Shown here one piece after another: positions 59,836 through 64,000 of a DNA stretch of 64,000 nucleotides (positions within the stretch are counted from its first letter, which is position 1; each line of letters begins with the position of its first letter). Under the pieces are notes generated by a model, which made no database searches, was not told where the DNA came from, and was given only the letters and a program-made list of their open reading frames with translations. A program made the position numbers and the translations under genes. Location of the stretch: the NCBI RefSeq assembly GCF_006345805.1, contig NC_043013.1, positions 43,338,001-43,402,000 of the forward strand, given 5' to 3'. This stretch comes from Octopus sinensis (Eukaryota).

Positions 59836-60469
59836 TAAGAAGGCGGCGAGCTGGCAGAAACGTTAGCATGCCGGGCGAAATGCTTAGCGGCATTTCGTCT
59901 GCCGCTACGGTCTGAGTTCAAATTCCACCGAGGTCGACTTTGCTTTTCATCCTTTACTTAGTCAATTATTTGATATGCTATTCAGCACGGATTTTTGTCA
60001 GTGAACAGGTCGCGGTCTTATAGCGACGAAAATATTTTGACAAATTAAACTTAAATGTTGAAGTGAATCGAACGGCTTTTGTGTGTTTCTTACATGGCTT
60101 ACAAACACCTTCCACGCTGCAATTGTTTTCGTTCCAGCACACGATCTCAGATCAAATCACTTGCTATGCAAGTACATCTCCGTATTCATTAAGTGTTTCG
60201 TACCTTTAAAAATTTTAATTTAAACCGAGCGATTTGGCTGACATCTCAAAACAAGTGAAACGGCCAAGTGCAAGCTCCGTTATTTCTGATCTCTTTCAAC
60301 CAGATTAACGTTAATCTTACACCCAATAACTTATTTCCTTCTGCTCATCATACATTTCTTTTGAGATTTTTTTTCGTGGGTGTTTCAGTGCTAATCCAAG
60401 TATAGCCTTGCTAGGGATTAAACCTTTGCAGCAAATGCTGCTTTTCAAATTTCATTGTTCAAGTCTTAA

Positions 60470-60600
60470 ACTGATGAAAGTAGATCGAAGTAGATCTTAG
60501 TTTTGGTGTGGTTATTCTTGAAAACACTCTTTCAATAATGGCATTGCTTAGTGGCAGACAGATCTCACAAATCTAGCCATCCTGGTTTTCCAATTTCAGT
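60470..60600 (-). mobile_element. hAT transposase relic (dimerisation-domain motif)
   Basis: ICLPLSNAIIERVFS matches the hAT C-terminal LPxSNAxxERxFS motif; surrounding frame is broken. Confidence 0.5.
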
Positions 60601-60689
60601 TTGAAGTGTTGCTGCTTTACACTAAAATTCTAACCCATCAATCGGAATTTTTTCAGGAAATATACTTTGCCAATAGTGTTAGCATTTTG

Positions 60690-60995
60690 TTCTTTCCGTA
60701 TCAAAAGGCACATAAGGCCGCAACACGATTCCTCAAACCAGCTCTGTTTTCTGACACTGTTTAACGGTCCTTCACCGTGTGGCACTAGGACGCCTTACTG
60801 CTATTTTCTCCTCAGACTTCCATTTTAGTGCCACCATACAATCGCTTTCTCGATCTTGTCCGAGGACGCGTCCGGTCCAATTCCCAGTGTCTGCGTCTTA
60901 TTTTGACACTGATCCGGCTGATGTCCGTTCTTGTCGCAGTTGTGTCATTTCAGATTCTTTGATGTTAAGTATTCTCCTTAATCATCTGAATTGGA
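60690..60995 (-). mobile_element. Degenerate RTE LINE 3' end
   Basis: Interrupted reading LRRILNIK...NWTGRVLGQDRESDCMVALKW...RRP...VAALCA. Confidence 0.6.
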
Positions 60996-60997
60996 AG

Positions 60998-61412
60998 TTA
61001 CTCTCTTTTTACTCCTTTAATTGTTTCAGTCCTTTGACAGCGGCCATGCTGGAGCACCACCTTTAGTCGAGCAAATCGACCCCGGGACTTATTCTTTGTG
61101 AGCCCAGTACTTATTCTATCGGTCTCTTTTGCTGAACCGCTAAGTTACGGCGACGTAAACACACCAGCATCGGTTGTCAAGCAATGCTAGGGGGACAAAC
61201 ACAGACACACAAACATGCACACACACACACATATACATATACATATATACAACGGGCTTCTTTCAGTTTCCGTCTACCAAATCTACTAACAAGGCTTTGG
61301 TCGGCCCGAGGCTATAGTAGAAGACACTTGCCCAAGATGCCACGCAGTGGGACTGAACCCGGAACCATGTGGTTGGTAAGCAAGCTACTTACCACACAGC
61401 CACTCCTGCGCC
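60998..61412 (-). mobile_element. SINE A, full length (others at 63037-63205, 63488-63897)
   Basis: Similarity to 7062-7458. Confidence 0.85.
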
Positions 61413-64000
61413 TTGTTCATTTTTTTTTTAAAATTCCATTTTTGTCACTTTCCAATTTTCACACCTGTAGATTAATACTGGACAGACCAATGTCTTGAAC
61501 AGTTTCAGCTTCGTTTTGTGGTCTACACCTTTGCTTTTCTATACCTTTGTTAGACTGTAGAATGCTCACCGGGCTTTGGACATTCTGTTCTGTTTGCGTT
61601 TCTGGCTCTTCCCCTCCACCTGTTTTAGATGGATCAACTAAAGCTAAAGGAAAAACTTCCAAAAATGAGTTTGACAAACTCACGGAAAAACGACATTTAT
61701 TCGATATTTATAGGTAGATGGTTAATATACCCGTCCCTAGAAGCTCAGGCACCACTTCTGTACATCGCTTATTTATGGGAAATTTATTTTGATAAAATTT
61801 TACTCGTCAAAAGGTTAGAAAGCTCGAGTCTAAATCATGGATATTGTGGCATCATGGATACTGTTTTAAGATATTGATACTAAGAAGGCAAAATTCTTCT
61901 AAGCACAGACAAAGCAAAACTGTGCTCATCAAAAATGCTACAGTTATTTGCCATTTTTCTTTTATGGAACAGCAAAGTTAATTATTTCAAGTTTACTCAA
62001 CACGTTTGCTCGAGCCTATGATCCCTCGACAGGGAGTCCGCTGCTCTAACCACTAGGCCATGTAACTCCACTTCAGTGAACGTAGAGAATTAATATTTTT
62101 ATTAGTACCTCGCTGGAATTTGAACTCATGCTTGTATGATAGAGTAGGCTCATCAAACTAGTATGATCTCAAGTTCAAATTCACGGCCTGCACATCAGAC
62201 CGTGGTTGGTGGAGAGATCATGCTGTGGCCTTCGCTCTATAGTGGACTGAACGAAGGCAATCCAATCTAAACCAAGCCAAAGTGACGAATATTGTGTTCT
62301 GTGCAGCTGTTTCAAGTCAGCTGCAGTTGATGATAAAGAAATTCCTTCGTTAAATCTTGATTGACACTACAAAATACTTGCATGAAAAGCTATAAACGCT
62401 GCTAACTATTTTTCTGGTTTTATTATTATACTACTAATAAAAAAGAAAAAAATGCACAACCCTGCTTCATTTGTTGCAGAATTGAGTTTATTACGATACT
62501 ATATTTCACGCTTCGTTAAATCAAGTTTATCAACTCGAATTTCAAAATTGCACAGACAAAATTTCTATCATATTATATTTCTCTTATCCAATTTGAAAAT
62601 AAATCCATTAACCATAAAAACCATTTTATCGTACAGCATCTGCTTGCTCATTGTATAAATGGATATAGTTTTAGAACAATCGTATTTTATTTAAAAATTC
62701 AAAGTTTTTTAGACATGCCCCTCTTGCTGAGTAACTACTGCTAACAACTTCCAATTCATATTTATTATTCCGCAGAGCCTCTACATGGTCAATCGGTATG
62801 CCAGAAATGGCGGTTTAGTATCTCACATTTCACAACTTATCGTCTGAAGTGGGATGCATTGGCAAAAGAGAAAAAAAAAAGTATATCCCCATTTCTTTAA
62901 GATAGCATGTTAACGCTAAAATATATTTATTAATAAATACCTGCTACACTACTACTGACGAAGGCACTAGAGACAAATGTTGCCAAACGGTACTGGCAAC
63001 GGTGACTACCTGTCAGTGTTTCAATCCTGGGTTCAAACTCTTTACTCTCTTTTACTTGTTTCAGTCATTTGACTGTGGCCATGCTGGAGCACCGCCTCTA
63101 GTCGAGCAAATCGACACCCCAGGACTTATTCTTTGTAAGCCTAGTACTTATTCCATCGGTCTCTTTTGCCGAACCGCTAAGCTACCGGGGATGTAAACAC
63201 ACCATTCAGAAATACTTGGGAATTTCGTTATACTGATTTCAAATTTTGGCACATGGCCAGCATGTTCAGAGGAAGGGAGTAAGGCGATTAGATAGACCCC
63301 AGCGCTCAACTGGTACTTATTTTATCGACCCCGAAAGGATGAAAAGCAAAGTCAACCTCATCAGAATTCGAACTCAGATCGTAAAGATAGACGAAATGCC
63401 GCTAAGCGTTTAGCCTTACATGGATAGAAGGCAAAGGCGACCCCGCTGGGATTTGAACTCATGACGTTATATTATGTTAGTTAATCCTTACTCTCTTTTA
63501 CTCTCTTTTACTTGTTTCAGTCACTTGACTGCGGCCATGCTGGAGCACCGCCTTTAGTCGAGCAAATCGACCCCAGCACTTATTCTTTGTAAGCCTAGTA
63601 CGTATTCTATCGGTCTCTTTTGCCGAACCGCTAAGATACGGGCACGTAAAAACACACCAGCATCGGTTGTCAAGCGATGTTGGGGGAACAAACACAGACA
63701 CACAAACATATACACACACATACATAAATGTATACATATATACGACGGGCTTCTTTCAGTTTCCGTCTACCAAATCCACTCACAAGGCTTTGGTCGGCCC
63801 GAGGCTATAGTAGAAGACACTTGCACAAGGTGCCATGCAGTGGGACTGAACCCGGAACCATGTGGTTGGTAAGCAAGCTACTTACCACACAGCCACTAAT
63901 TGTTGAATATTTTGTATTGAAAGTCAATTTGAAACATTATTGACATTTTCCATTGAATTTATGAAGAACTCTAGGAATATTAAGGCGTCCGTCGAAATGA

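Overview
Eukaryotic, AT-rich, repeat-saturated animal genomic DNA. The SINE/LINE families and microsatellite load resemble an octopus/coleoid cephalopod (inference, no search run). The one well-supported protein gene is a cytosolic NAD-dependent glycerol-3-phosphate dehydrogenase (GPD1/Gpdh) on the minus strand: 9 GT-AG exons from ATG 47445 to TAA 5690, giving a 1056-nt CDS (351 aa) spread over about 41.8 kb. There is an intact-looking tRNA-Glu(TTC) about 1.9 kb upstream and a CpG-decayed tRNA-Val(CAC) in intron 1. The rest is mostly mobile DNA: three tRNA-headed SINE families, several RTE LINE pieces, an R4/Dong-like RT relic, Tigger, mariner, hAT and piggyBac-like relics or MITEs, and two GG-ended MITE families with 8-bp TSDs (Merlin-like). 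Most track ORFs are repeat or microsatellite artefacts. I found no demonstrably new biological system. The best leads are dispersed minimal hammerhead-like motifs in Penelope-type repeats, head-to-tail SINE multimers with a fixed junction, a rearranged fold-back SINE cluster, a 200-bp-arm palindrome, and a GC-rich RTE that may be horizontally acquired. Repeat boundaries are approximate unless a TSD is quoted.
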